From NCBI GenBank assembly GCA_963776245.1, contig CAVZLN010000003.1:384001-448000 (forward strand): a stretch of 64,000 nucleotides of DNA, in the 5' to 3' direction. Within the stretch, counting starts at the first letter, position 1. Each line of letters opens with the position of its first letter. The stretch is from Candidatus Eiseniibacteriota bacterium (lineage in GTDB: Bacteria; Eisenbacteria; RBG-16-71-46). Made by a program: the position numbers and the translations under genes. This document shows positions 47,949 through 57,758 of the stretch, piece by piece. A model generated the notes under the pieces. It was not told the DNA's origin. It saw nothing but the letters and a program-made list of their open reading frames with translations, and ran no database searches.

Positions 47949-49781
47949 TCAGCGTCCCCTGGCGCGACGCTTGGAGGCGTCGCGGTCCTCCACCACCACG
48001 GCCACCGACGCACCGCCGTCCGAGCGCAGTGCCATCCACTGCTGCAGGGCGGTGAGCACGTTCATCCAGGTCCAGTAGAGCACCAGGCCCGACGGCAGGT
48101 TGTAGAAGAACACGAGCATCATGAGGTTCATCATGTACATCGTCGGCGCCTGCCGCGGATCGGTCGGCGTCATCTTCTGGGACAGGAACCCGGAGCCGGC
48201 CATCAACAGCGGCAGCAGGCGGATCGGGAGCGGAAGGCCGGGGACCTGGAACAGCACGTCGGGCGCGGACAGGTCGGTCATCCAGGCGACGAACGGCGCC
48301 TGGCGCAACTCGATGGCGTTGAACAGGACCTGGTAGAGCGCGAGGAACAGCGGCATCTGCAGGAGCATCGGGAGACAGCCGCCCGCCGGATTGACCTTGT
48401 TCTCCTTGTAGAGCGCCATCATCGCGGTGTTCATCGCCTGCGGATCGTCCTTGTACTTCTCGCGCACGCGCTCGATCTCGGGCTGCAGGCGCTGCATCGC
48501 GCGCATGCTCTTGATGCTCGTCATGTTGAGCGGGTGGAGCAGCAGGCGCACGAGGGTGGAGAGCAGCAGGATGGCCACGCCGTAGTTCCGGAACAGGCCG
48601 AACAGCATGTTGATGACCTTGAGCAGCAGGGTGCTCACCGGCAACAGCCAGTTCCAGCCCATGTCCACCGCGCGCTCGAGCTCCACCTTGAGCGCCGCGA
48701 GCCGGAAGTAATCGCTGGGGCCCACGTACACGATGAAGCGGTCCGGGGCGGCGTCCGCACCCGGCAGGCCCATGACCAGCGCGTTCGACGCGACCGGCTC
48801 TTCGGGCTTGGTGCCCCGCGGGAGGAAGCGCAACTGCGCGTCGTCGAAGGGCCGCATCCCGGCGGAGCCGATGACCCCGCGCGCCACCCCGCGCTCCACC
48901 GCGGCCGCGGAGAGGAAGTACCGGGTCTGGACCCCGGCCCACTTCACGCTCCCGTCGAACCGCTTCGGGCCCTTGAGCAGTCCGTTCGCCGATTCACGCC
49001 GGACGTTCTTGCCCAGCATGCTCGACGCTCGCAGCATGCGCACGTCCGCTTGGAAATCGTGCTCCGTGAGTGTCGGCCACGAGCGCATGACGAGCGAATA
49101 ATCGTCGAGCCGCCATGCCGAGGGCACCCCGCGCACCTCGACCTCGAGGTCGAGGGCGTAGTCGTTCGGCCGCGCGCGCCAGGTCTGTCTCACCCGCGCG
49201 CCCGCGCTGTCGACCGCGGTGAAGGTGAGCGCGCGCGTGGCGCCCGAGGCGTCCGCGCTCTCGGCCACCACGTACACCACGGCGCCGAGCGGGCGCAGCC
49301 CGACACCCGAGCCGAGATCGATCCCGAACACCGGCCCGCCCGCGAGTGTCACACGGTGACCCTCGGCCACGTCCTTGCCATGCGGGTGCGGGGGGCTCGG
49401 GCGCCCGGTCGGATCGAACGCGCCGGCGTAACGCTTGAGCTCGACTGACAGCAGCCGCGCGCCACGGCTGGAGAAGGTGGCGCGGTAGAGGGGCGTCTCG
49501 ATGTGGTACGCGCGCTCGAGCGCGGCCGTCGCGGGCTTGAAGACCGTCGCCGAGAGCTCGGTGGGGCCAGGCGGCGTCGCGAGGCGCACGCTCGACTCGG
49601 TGTCGCCGATGGCGGGGGCTTCGCGCACGCCGCTGTCGGGCCGGGCGGGCCCGGCGGCGGGCGGGACGGAGCGGCGCGTGGGCTCGAGGTACTGGCCCAT
49701 GCCCGCCATGCGCATGATGGGCTGCCAGAACAGGATGAGCAGCATGCACAGCGCGATGACAGCGAGATTCTTGCGGTCCAT
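47949..49781 (-). CDS. yidC: membrane protein insertase
   Basis: NYGVAILL, SMRAMQ.LQPEI, LYKENKVNPAGGCLPMLLQMP, IELRQAPF, DLSAPD, PSGLVLYW. Confidence 0.97.
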   Translation of the reverse strand: MDRKNLAVIALCMLLILFWQPIMRMAGMGQYLEPTRRSVPPAAGPARPDSGVREAPAIGDTESSVRLATPPGPTELSATVFKPATAALERAYHIETPLYRATFSSRGARLLSVELKRYAGAFDPTGRPSPPHPHGKDVAEGHRVTLAGGPVFGIDLGSGVGLRPLGAVVYVVAESADASGATRALTFTAVDSAGARVRQTWRARPNDYALDLEVEVRGVPSAWRLDDYSLVMRSWPTLTEHDFQADVRMLRASSMLGKNVRRESANGLLKGPKRFDGSVKWAGVQTRYFLSAAAVERGVARGVIGSAGMRPFDDAQLRFLPRGTKPEEPVASNALVMGLPGADAAPDRFIVYVGPSDYFRLAALKVELERAVDMGWNWLLPVSTLLLKVINMLFGLFRNYGVAILLLSTLVRLLLHPLNMTSIKSMRAMQRLQPEIERVREKYKDDPQAMNTAMMALYKENKVNPAGGCLPMLLQMPLFLALYQVLFNAIELRQAPFVAWMTDLSAPDVLFQVPGLPLPIRLLPLLMAGSGFLSQKMTPTDPRQAPTMYMMNLMMLVFFYNLPSGLVLYWTWMNVLTALQQWMALRSDGGASVAVVVEDRDASKRRARGR

Positions 49782-49784
49782 GGG

Positions 49785-50006
49785 TCAGGGCACCGGGTCG
49801 TATCCGCTCGCGCCCAGCGGGTGGCAACGCGCGACGCGGCGCGCGGCCAGCCACAGGCCGACCGCGACGCCGTGGCGAGCCACGGCATCGTGGGCGTAGG
49901 CGGAACAGGTGGGGTGGAAGCGGCATGCGCCCCGCCACGAGGACGGGACGATCCGCTGATAACCGCGGATCAGGTGCAGCACGAGCGCGCGGCCCACGTC
50001 AGGCAT
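49785..50006 (-). CDS. yidD: membrane protein insertion efficiency factor
   Basis: IRGYQ, CRFHPTCSAYA, RCHP...SGYDPVP. Confidence 0.95.
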   Translation of the reverse strand: MPDVGRALVLHLIRGYQRIVPSSWRGACRFHPTCSAYAHDAVARHGVAVGLWLAARRVARCHPLGASGYDPVP

Positions 50007-50385
50007 CGAGCCCCTCGGGAGGCGCCAGCGCATCGGCGCGCTCGAGCAGCGACTCGACGTCGCTGGCCAATTCCTGGTGCGGCGCGTTCAGGGTGGAGCG
50101 AAAGGCCACGAATACCATCCAGCGCCCCGTCTGGGGCATGCGCGGGAAGCGGCGGCGCACGATCTCGCGCAGGCGCCGGCGCGCGCGGTTGCGCTGCACC
50201 GATCCCCCCACGCCCTTGCGGCTCGCCACGAACCCCACCCGTGTGGGCTCGCCCGGTTGCTCGATCGCGAGGAGCAGACAGTGACGGCCGCGCAGCGCGT
50301 CGGCCCGTGACTTGACGGCCGCGTATTCGCGCATGGTGCGCAGGCGCCGGTCGCGATCCCAGCGTTCCGGATGACGGTCGGTCAT
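49999..50385 (-). CDS. rnpA: ribonuclease P protein component
   Basis: RRLR...EY, RVGFVASRK.VG.SVQRNRARRRLRE (RNR motif). Confidence 0.93.
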   Translation of the reverse strand: MTDRHPERWDRDRRLRTMREYAAVKSRADALRGRHCLLLAIEQPGEPTRVGFVASRKGVGGSVQRNRARRRLREIVRRRFPRMPQTGRWMVFVAFRSTLNAPHQELASDVESLLERADALAPPEGLDA

Positions 50386-50492
50386 GCCGCTCCACCCTGG
50401 AACCGTCGCAAGGCCCGGCGCAGGCTCAGCGCTCCGGCGTGCGGGCGCGAGACTCGCGAAGCCGTACGACAAGGACGGGCGTCCGGGGAGGA

Positions 50493-50636
50493 CTACTGGT
50501 CGGAGACGGTCAGCCGTTTCCGGCCGCGAGCGCGACGAGCCGCGATGATCTTGCGGCCGCCCTTGGTCGACATGCGCGCGCGGAAACCGTGCGTCTTGAA
50601 CTTGTGGCGATTGCGGGGACGGAACGTGCGCTTCAT
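50493..50636 (-). CDS. rpmH: 50S ribosomal protein L34 (below the ORF-track cutoff)
   Basis: Manual translation [54 protein letters not shown]. Confidence 0.97.
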   Translation of the reverse strand: MKRTFRPRNRHKFKTHGFRARMSTKGGRKIIAARRARGRKRLTVSDQ

Positions 50637-50797
50637 GGGGACGGATACTCCAGGAGACAGGGTAGGTCGTCGATGAGGCGTGCCACGCTACGGGACCGGA
50701 GGGGGGCGCGTCAAGGCTGCGCCCCGCCCGGACCTCGGCCGGGGCGCGGGATGGTGCACGACGGTCGGCGGCGGCCCCGTGCCGGGAACGGCGACCG

Positions 50798-50869
50798 CCG
50801 GGGCGGGTCCCGGGCGGGAACCGGCGGCCCGGGGCGGGTCCCGGGCGGGAACCGGCGGCCCGGGGCGGG
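50798..50869. repeat. 31-bp perfect tandem repeat, ~2.3 copies, G-tract rich
   Basis: CCGGGGCGGGTCCCGGGCGGGAACCGGCGGC at 50798 and 50829, partial copy at 50860. Confidence 0.85.
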
Positions 50870-51016
50870 CGCTCGAGCGCCTTCAGGAGGCTGCGCCACT
50901 TGCCGATAACCCCGGGGACGGCGGTCTCCTTCCCGCGCTGGCCAGCGCGTCCTTGCGAGCCCGCATTCCCAGGCCACGGCCGCGAAGCGACCGCCGCCAG
51001 AGCCACGGCAGGCCGG

Positions 51017-52774
51017 ATGTCCATCGCCCCGGAGTCCAGCGCACGCTCCAGCAGTCTGCGCGACCTTTCGCCGCTCGCGCACGCCACCGCCCTGTGGCTG
51101 CGGCAGCTCGCGCGCGCGCTGCGGACCATCCGGCTCTACCGCGGCGACAACAGCGTCTCCATCCAGATGCGGGACAGCGTGATCGCGGCGCTCGAGACCA
51201 TCGTGAACGACTTCGGGGACCTCGATCTCCAGATCGGGAGCGCCGAGATGATGCTCCAGGACGAACTGGTGGTGAGGCCCGCCGGCCGCAGTGACGGCCT
51301 CGCGGATCCGGTCGAGACGCTGCCCTTCCTCTTCTACCGCGACGGCATCCGGCGCATCCGGATCCTGCGCGACGTGCCGCGCTCGGAGGTCGCCTCGCTC
51401 ATCCGCGCCCTCACCCTGGTGAGCAGCGGCCCGAACGCGCAGGACGACCTCGTCACCCTGCTGTGGCAGGGCAATCTCACGCACATCCTGCTCGAGACCG
51501 TGCCCCTCGAGCAGATCATCTACCTGACCGCCCAGCGCCCCACCGGCGAGGGCTCCGACGGCGTGCTCGGACAGTCCTACCTGCTCCACCCGGGGGGCGC
51601 CGAGATCCATTCCGAGCTCGGGCAGGCCGCCGGCCCCCAGGGGCTCCACCGCGACACGTTCGACGACTGGCCGCTCCCGGCGCAGTGGCCCGACGCGGTC
51701 GACGCCTGGAGCCGCACGTTCGTCGCCATGGAGTCCTCGCTCGAGGTGTTCCTCGACCACTGCCGCGCCGAGCTGGCCGAAGAGTGGACCGTGCCGGTCG
51801 GGCCGACGCTGCGACGGCTGGTCACGCTCGATCCCTCCGAGGGCATGCGCACCGCGCTGGTGCGCGGAGCGGTGTCCTGGGTGGCCTCGACCCTGCAGCG
51901 CTGTCACTGGGACGAAGCGCAAGCCGCGCTCTCCCAGCTCCGCGAGCTGGACCCCGATGGCCGCATCGGCGAGAGCGACCTCTCCTCGGCGGTCGCCGGG
52001 CTCGATCACCTGCTGGTCACCGAGAGCCTCGACGCCGCCGAGGCCGAGGACCACTCGCGATTCGCCGCCATCGTGGTGGCCATGGGCAAGCCGGCGCTCG
52101 ACCTCGCGACCGCCGTCATGGCGCGCTCGGACAAGGTGCGCGTGCGTGCGGCGGCCTGCACCGCCCTCACCTACCTGTGCGGCGACGAGCCGGCGCTGCT
52201 GCGACCCTACATCGAGGATTCGCGCTGGGAGATCGTGCGCAACGCGGTGTTCATCCTCGGCCAGATCGGCGGCACCGAGGTGGTGCCGATGCTGCGACTG
52301 GCGGCCTCCCATCCCGAGTCGCGCGTGCGCCGCATGGTGGTCCAGGCGGCGGGCAACGTGCCCCGCGATTACCGCCTGCCCCTGCTGATCGCGCAGCTGG
52401 ATTCCCGCGACCCGCAGGTGCTGGCCGGCGCGCTCAACATGCTCACGCGAGAAAAGAGCGCCAAGGTCGCGCGCTCGATCCTCGACCGCATCGAGGCCCC
52501 CGACTTCGCCTCGCGCAGCGAGGATAACCAGCGCACCCTCTTCAGCGGCCTCGCGGAGGTGGCGGAAGACAGCGTGGTCGGCCCGCTCGAACAGATGCTC
52601 ACCAAGGGCGGCTGGTTCGCGCGGCGCACGCTCGAGCGCGTCGCCGCCGCGCGCACGCTGCGGCACATCGGCACCGAGAAGGCGATGGCCGTGCTCGACG
52701 CCGGGCTTCGCTCGCGCGTGGAGGCGGTGCGCACCGCGTGTCTCGAGGCCATGAGCTCGAGGATGCAGTCATGA
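51017..52774 (+). CDS. HEAT-repeat protein
   Basis: D.RWEIVRNAV.ILGQIG, HPESRVRR.VV.A, RVAAARTL..IG, AVR.AC..A; start may extend to TTG 50900. Confidence 0.82.
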   Translation: MSIAPESSARSSSLRDLSPLAHATALWLRQLARALRTIRLYRGDNSVSIQMRDSVIAALETIVNDFGDLDLQIGSAEMMLQDELVVRPAGRSDGLADPVETLPFLFYRDGIRRIRILRDVPRSEVASLIRALTLVSSGPNAQDDLVTLLWQGNLTHILLETVPLEQIIYLTAQRPTGEGSDGVLGQSYLLHPGGAEIHSELGQAAGPQGLHRDTFDDWPLPAQWPDAVDAWSRTFVAMESSLEVFLDHCRAELAEEWTVPVGPTLRRLVTLDPSEGMRTALVRGAVSWVASTLQRCHWDEAQAALSQLRELDPDGRIGESDLSSAVAGLDHLLVTESLDAAEAEDHSRFAAIVVAMGKPALDLATAVMARSDKVRVRAAACTALTYLCGDEPALLRPYIEDSRWEIVRNAVFILGQIGGTEVVPMLRLAASHPESRVRRMVVQAAGNVPRDYRLPLLIAQLDSRDPQVLAGALNMLTREKSAKVARSILDRIEAPDFASRSEDNQRTLFSGLAEVAEDSVVGPLEQMLTKGGWFARRTLERVAAARTLRHIGTEKAMAVLDAGLRSRVEAVRTACLEAMSSRMQS

Positions 52775-54276
52775 CGCCGCCGCCTGCCCAAGCCCCGCGC
52801 CCCTACGACGAGCGCCTGCGGGCGCTCGGCGATCAGGTCGTGCAGCGCTTCCTCGCCCTCATCCGGGTCGGCCGATCCTACGAGGTCGGCAACCAGGTGT
52901 TCCGTATCCAGCTCGAGCATTTCCTGGACTCGCTGCGCCCGGTGTTCGACGACGCCGATGCAGCGGTGCTGGTGGCGCTCGACAACGACCTCTACCTGAA
53001 CGGGATCCGCATCCCGGTCCGGAACCAGACCTTCAAGTCCCACGAGCTACTGCGCGAGGAGTTCGCGCGCCGCCGCATCGCCGGCCTGCGCATGACCTCG
53101 GACATCCGCAGCGTGGACGTGGAACGGTTCTTCGCCCTGTTCCTCCGCCCCGGCGACCACCATGGCGCGGGGCTGCTCGAAGCCTGCCTGGCCGAGGGGC
53201 TGGACGCCATCCTGCCCGCCGTGCATGCCACCACCGCGGTACCGGACACCGCGATCCACGCCGGCGGCGACCCCCTGTCGCCCGCATCGGCGTTGGAGAC
53301 CGGGGAGGGTCGCGAGACCGGGCCCCCGACGGCGCCGGGCGAGCCGGGCGACGCGCCGCGCGGCGCGGTGCCCAAGTCCTTCCTCGCGGCGGTGGCCGGC
53401 GCACGCACGCTGCTCATGACCACCGCGCTCCACGACGCCATCGAGATGCGCCACGCCAAGCGCGTGGTGCAGCCGCTGGTGGACGCGGCGTGTTCCGAGC
53501 AGCCCGTGGTGCTCGGGCTCTCCTCGATGGGACACCACGACGAGTACACGTACATGCACGCCGTGAACGTCGGCATGGTCGCGGTGACCATCGGGCACGT
53601 CCTCGGCCTCGATCGGGCGGTGCTCGCCGATCTGGGCGTGGCGGCACTGCTCCACGACGTGGGCAAGACCGCGGTCGGCGACCAGGTCAAGCACCCGATC
53701 GCCGAATGGACCCCCGAGGAGCGCGCCGCCGCCGAGCGTCACACCATCGAGGGCGCCCGCCAGCTCGCGCGCTCGACGGTGCTGAACGCGACCACCCTGC
53801 GCTGCATGCGGGCGGCGCTCGAACACCACGCGGGCCCGGGCGGCTATCCCCGCCTCGACGCGTGGACGCCCAGCGCGCTGTCCCAGATCATCGCGGTGGC
53901 CGACTGCTACGTGAATCTCCTGTCGCACCGCAGCCCGGCCGGTCAGCGCGTGACCCCGAACCAGGCCATCGGGATGATGCTCGGCCCGCTGGCATCGCGC
54001 TTCGAGCCCGCGTTGCTGTGGGGGCTGGTGAAGTCGGTGGGGCTCTTCCCCCCCGGGCAGATGGTGGAGCTCAGCGACGGCGGGAAGGCGGTGGTCCTGG
54101 CGCCCAACCGGGCCGACCTGCTCCGCCCGCACGTGCGCGTGGTGACGAACCCGGAAGGCGAGTGGCTGGCCGAGAGCGACCGCGTCGACCACCGTCCGCT
54201 GCCGCCCGGATTGAGCGTCCGCTACGCTCTGCGGGCCGAGGACTACCCCACCGCCCCCGATACTCTGGCGGCCTAG
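52771..54276 (+). CDS. HD-GYP domain protein (putative cyclic-dinucleotide phosphodiesterase)
   Basis: DEYTYMHAVNV, ALLHDVGK, HT.EG, EHH...GYP, IIAVADCY, G.FPPG.MVELSDG; ATGA overlap. Confidence 0.9.
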   Translation: MTPPPAQAPRPYDERLRALGDQVVQRFLALIRVGRSYEVGNQVFRIQLEHFLDSLRPVFDDADAAVLVALDNDLYLNGIRIPVRNQTFKSHELLREEFARRRIAGLRMTSDIRSVDVERFFALFLRPGDHHGAGLLEACLAEGLDAILPAVHATTAVPDTAIHAGGDPLSPASALETGEGRETGPPTAPGEPGDAPRGAVPKSFLAAVAGARTLLMTTALHDAIEMRHAKRVVQPLVDAACSEQPVVLGLSSMGHHDEYTYMHAVNVGMVAVTIGHVLGLDRAVLADLGVAALLHDVGKTAVGDQVKHPIAEWTPEERAAAERHTIEGARQLARSTVLNATTLRCMRAALEHHAGPGGYPRLDAWTPSALSQIIAVADCYVNLLSHRSPAGQRVTPNQAIGMMLGPLASRFEPALLWGLVKSVGLFPPGQMVELSDGGKAVVLAPNRADLLRPHVRVVTNPEGEWLAESDRVDHRPLPPGLSVRYALRAEDYPTAPDTLAA

Positions 54277-54436
54277 CCCCCCCCGCACCCCGGGGGACGA
54301 GCCCGGGCGGCGCGAGGGCGTTCCATTCGGCTGGGGAGGGCTGGCGAGAGCGGGGTTCCCGCGCGAGGACGCAGGCCGGCGGGCGCCCTTCATTCTGCTG
54401 CCGGCGGCGCGATGGGCGAGCGCGCTCGCGCGGAAG

Positions 54437-56020
54437 TCAGGCCGCTGCCCGCGCCGTCGCGGGCGCGGTCATCGGCTCGGCGAGCGCGAGCGGCAGGCGG
54501 ACCCAGAAGATGCTGCCCGCGCCCGCGCGGCTGTTCACGCCCACATGCCCGCCGTGGAGCTCGGTGATGCGCTTCACCAGGTGCAGCCCGATGCCGAGCC
54601 CGCCGCGCCCACCGTGGAGCCCCTCGACCCCCTGGCCGAACAGCTCGAAGATGGCGGTGGCGTCCTCCGGCCGCACCCCCGGCCCGTCGTCCTGGACCTC
54701 GAGATGGATGAAGCCGCCGTCGAGCGCGGTACGCACCACGACGCGCCCCTGATCGGGGCTGAACTTGATCGCGTTCACGATCAGGTTCACCACCACCTGC
54801 CGCATCTTCACCTCATCGAGTTGGAGCGGCGGGGTGTCGGCCGCGAACACCTCTTCGACGGTGATGCCGCGTTTGGCCCCGAACGGGCGCGAGGTCTCCA
54901 CCGCCGAGTGCGCCAGTTCGTGCACCCCGACGGCGACGCGCTTGAGCACCAGCTTGCCGCTCTCGAGGCGCGAGAGATCGAGGATGTCCTCGATGAGCGA
55001 GAGCAGCCGGCCGGCCTCGGCGCGAAGCCGGCGCAGGAACTCGCTGCGCTGTGACGCGTCGAGGCGGCTCTCGTTGTCGTCGAGCAGCTCGGCGTAGGCG
55101 ATGACCGAGGTGAGCGGCGTCTTGAGCTCGTGACTCACGGTGGACAGGAACATGTCCTTGAGCCGGTTGGTCTCCGCCAGTTTCCGGTTGTCGGCCTCGA
55201 GATCGTGCGTGCGCGTCCCCAGGCGCTCGAGGGTCTCCGCGCGGTCGATGACCGCGCCCACGTGCTCGGCGAACATCTCGAGCAATTCGCGGTGGTGCTC
55301 CTGGAAGCGCTCCGGGTGGTTGATGCGATTGACGTTCAGCACGCCGATGCAACGACCGCCCACCCGCAGCGGCAGCGAAACGGCCGAGGTGATGTTGCGA
55401 TTGCGCTTGAAGTGGCGCCCCAGTCCGGCCGGCGCGGACTTCTCGGTGAGCAGCACCGCCTCCTGGCGCTCCGCGACCCAGCCCGCGATGCCCTCGCCCA
55501 GGCGCTTCTTGGCGTTGCGCGCGAACTCCGACTCGAGCCCGTAGGACGCCCGCGTCTCGAGCACGCCGCTCTCCGGGTCGAAGATCATCACCGACGCCTG
55601 CTGGGCGCGCAGCGTGGACACCACCCGGCGCACGATGATCTCGAGGATGACCTCGAGCCGCAGTTGGAGATTGAGCGTCGTGGAGACCTGGAACAGCGCC
55701 GAGAGCTCCGACAATCGCGTGCGGATGTCCTCCTTCTCCCGCTCCTCGCGCTCGAGCGCGCGCTGCATGCGGTTGAGCTCCACCTGCTTGAGGACCGTGT
55801 AGAGGCAGAACACCACCACCAGTCCGGCGAGGCCGAGCATCAGGATGAACTCGTGCTCGGCGTCCTGCCGACCCTCGGAAGTCCTGAGGGCCTGCAGCAA
55901 TGGCAGGTAGAGAAGCGGGATCGCGGCGGTCAGGGCGAGCACCACCGACAGGGTGACGGCCCACAGCAGCCACCCCCGGAGGGCGAGTCGGTTCTGCCTG
56001 GACGCGCGTCGATCGCTCAT
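54437..56020 (-). CDS. GAF-domain sensor histidine kinase
   Basis: Two TM helices, GAF GEGIAGWVA..IGVLNV, SHELKTPLT, NAIKFS, DDGPG, GLGIGL. Confidence 0.92.
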   Translation of the reverse strand: MSDRRASRQNRLALRGWLLWAVTLSVVLALTAAIPLLYLPLLQALRTSEGRQDAEHEFILMLGLAGLVVVFCLYTVLKQVELNRMQRALEREEREKEDIRTRLSELSALFQVSTTLNLQLRLEVILEIIVRRVVSTLRAQQASVMIFDPESGVLETRASYGLESEFARNAKKRLGEGIAGWVAERQEAVLLTEKSAPAGLGRHFKRNRNITSAVSLPLRVGGRCIGVLNVNRINHPERFQEHHRELLEMFAEHVGAVIDRAETLERLGTRTHDLEADNRKLAETNRLKDMFLSTVSHELKTPLTSVIAYAELLDDNESRLDASQRSEFLRRLRAEAGRLLSLIEDILDLSRLESGKLVLKRVAVGVHELAHSAVETSRPFGAKRGITVEEVFAADTPPLQLDEVKMRQVVVNLIVNAIKFSPDQGRVVVRTALDGGFIHLEVQDDGPGVRPEDATAIFELFGQGVEGLHGGRGGLGIGLHLVKRITELHGGHVGVNSRAGAGSIFWVRLPLALAEPMTAPATARAAA

Positions 56021-56295
56021 GGATGGGATTCCCTGCCTGGACCGTGCGCCGGCGCGCGGCCGCGCCCCGACAGCTGGGTTGTCGGCACCATCCCCCAGCG
56101 ACTTGGGCGCTTTTCGTCCCTGCGCGGAACGCCTGCTAGATTCCCGTCCTCGAGCCCGTCATCGATCCGCGTAGCGGCCCGCCTGGCCGCGGGGACGCGG
56201 GTGCTGGAGTGTCCGGCCGCCCGGGTGGTCCAGCTCGCCGTCACGCGCCTCCGGCGGCCGGACGGGTGCGGGATCCTGAAAGGAGCCCAGCGGAC

Positions 56296-57306
56296 ATGAA
56301 GCGCGGAACCGTGATGATCGAGGGGTTCGAGAGCGAGGTCCTGAGGGACAACGCCGCTGGCGATCCCCACCTTCGGCGCGTGCCGGTCTACCTGCCGCCG
56401 GCTTATGGCGAGCAGTCCGGGCGGCGCTTTCCCGTGCTGTTCGTGCTCGCGGGGTTCGGCGGGCGGGGACGCATGCTGCTCAACGACAGCCCGTGGTCGC
56501 CGCCTCTCGACGAGCGCATGGACCACCTCATCGACACCGGAGCCTGCGGCCAGACGATCCTCGTCATGCCCGACTGCTACACCCGCTTCGGCGGCTCGCA
56601 GTATCTCGACTCGACCGCCACCGGGCGCTACGAGACGCATGTCATCGAGGAGCTGGTGCCGTTCATCGATGCGCGTTTCCGCACGCTTGCCGGCCGAGGG
56701 CACCGCGGCGTGGTCGGCAAGTCCTCGGGTGGATACGGCGCGCTGGTGTACGGGATGAAGCACCCCGACGTCTTCGGAGCGGTCGGCTGCCACAGCGGTG
56801 ACGTGGGTTTCGACTATTGCTACCGCGGAGAGGTGCCGCGGATCGTCACGGTGACGGGAGCGGCGGGCGGATTGAAGGCCTGGCTCGAACGGTTCGAGGC
56901 CGCCCCGCACAAGGGCAGGGACGACTTCTCCGCCTTCAACACGCTCGGCATGGCGGCCGCCTACTCGCCGAACCCGGCGGCCGAGCCCTTCGGCATCGAC
57001 CTGCCGATCGACCTCGTCACCGGCGCCTGGCGGGAGGACGTGTGGCGGCGCTGGCTGGAACACGACCCGCTGTTCATGGCGGAGAAACGCGCCGAGGCCC
57101 TGCGCTCACTCAGGCTGCTGTTCCTCGACTGCGGGACGCGCGATGAATGGCATCTCCATCTGGGCCTGCGGCAGCTCACCCGGCGATTGACCGCTCTCGG
57201 AGTCCCCCACGAACACCAGGAATTCGACGACGGCCACACCGGCGTGAGCTACCGGTACGACGTCAGCCTGCCGCGGCTCGCCCGGGCGCTCGGGGCGACG
57301 GCGTAG
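56296..57306 (+). CDS. putative esterase (alpha/beta hydrolase)
   Basis: VYLPP.Y, nucleophile elbow GKSSGG, FLDCG.RDE, EFDDGH. Confidence 0.88.
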   Translation: MKRGTVMIEGFESEVLRDNAAGDPHLRRVPVYLPPAYGEQSGRRFPVLFVLAGFGGRGRMLLNDSPWSPPLDERMDHLIDTGACGQTILVMPDCYTRFGGSQYLDSTATGRYETHVIEELVPFIDARFRTLAGRGHRGVVGKSSGGYGALVYGMKHPDVFGAVGCHSGDVGFDYCYRGEVPRIVTVTGAAGGLKAWLERFEAAPHKGRDDFSAFNTLGMAAAYSPNPAAEPFGIDLPIDLVTGAWREDVWRRWLEHDPLFMAEKRAEALRSLRLLFLDCGTRDEWHLHLGLRQLTRRLTALGVPHEHQEFDDGHTGVSYRYDVSLPRLARALGATA

Positions 57307-57758
57307 GCCCTCACGCCGCGCGCAACAAGTCGCCCCCGGCGCGTGCCTCGTGCGCACCGGGGGCCGGGCCCACACCCTGGCTGAAGAAGGGTCGACAGGC
57401 GCGCGGCCGGGACCTGATCCTCAGCCGCGCCCGGGATCGAGTGCGTGCATCCCGTGGCGAGGGCCCGGCCAGATCGTCGCGACCGAGTTCACCCGCTCCC
57501 ACGGCCAAGCCCAGAGTCATCACTGGCCGCGTAAGCAGGCAATGAGGCGACCGAGGTCACCAGCCGAACCCATCTCCGACAGTGAGTGTTGGTCGGGTCC
57601 CCCCGCACGTCAATGCCCGGTCGCGAGGATTTGCCATCCCCTCACGTTGTGATAGAACGCGGGCGAGCCGCGTGGACGCCGTCGGCCGCAAGGCGGCAGC
57701 CCGCCGCGCGCGCCACGAGCCCTGACCCCTACCCCCGCGAGACCACCGCGCCATCCCG

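Noticed and set aside
50798..50869. Mini-CRISPR array
   Set aside because: Repeats are directly adjacent with no spacers, and no cas genes are in the window.
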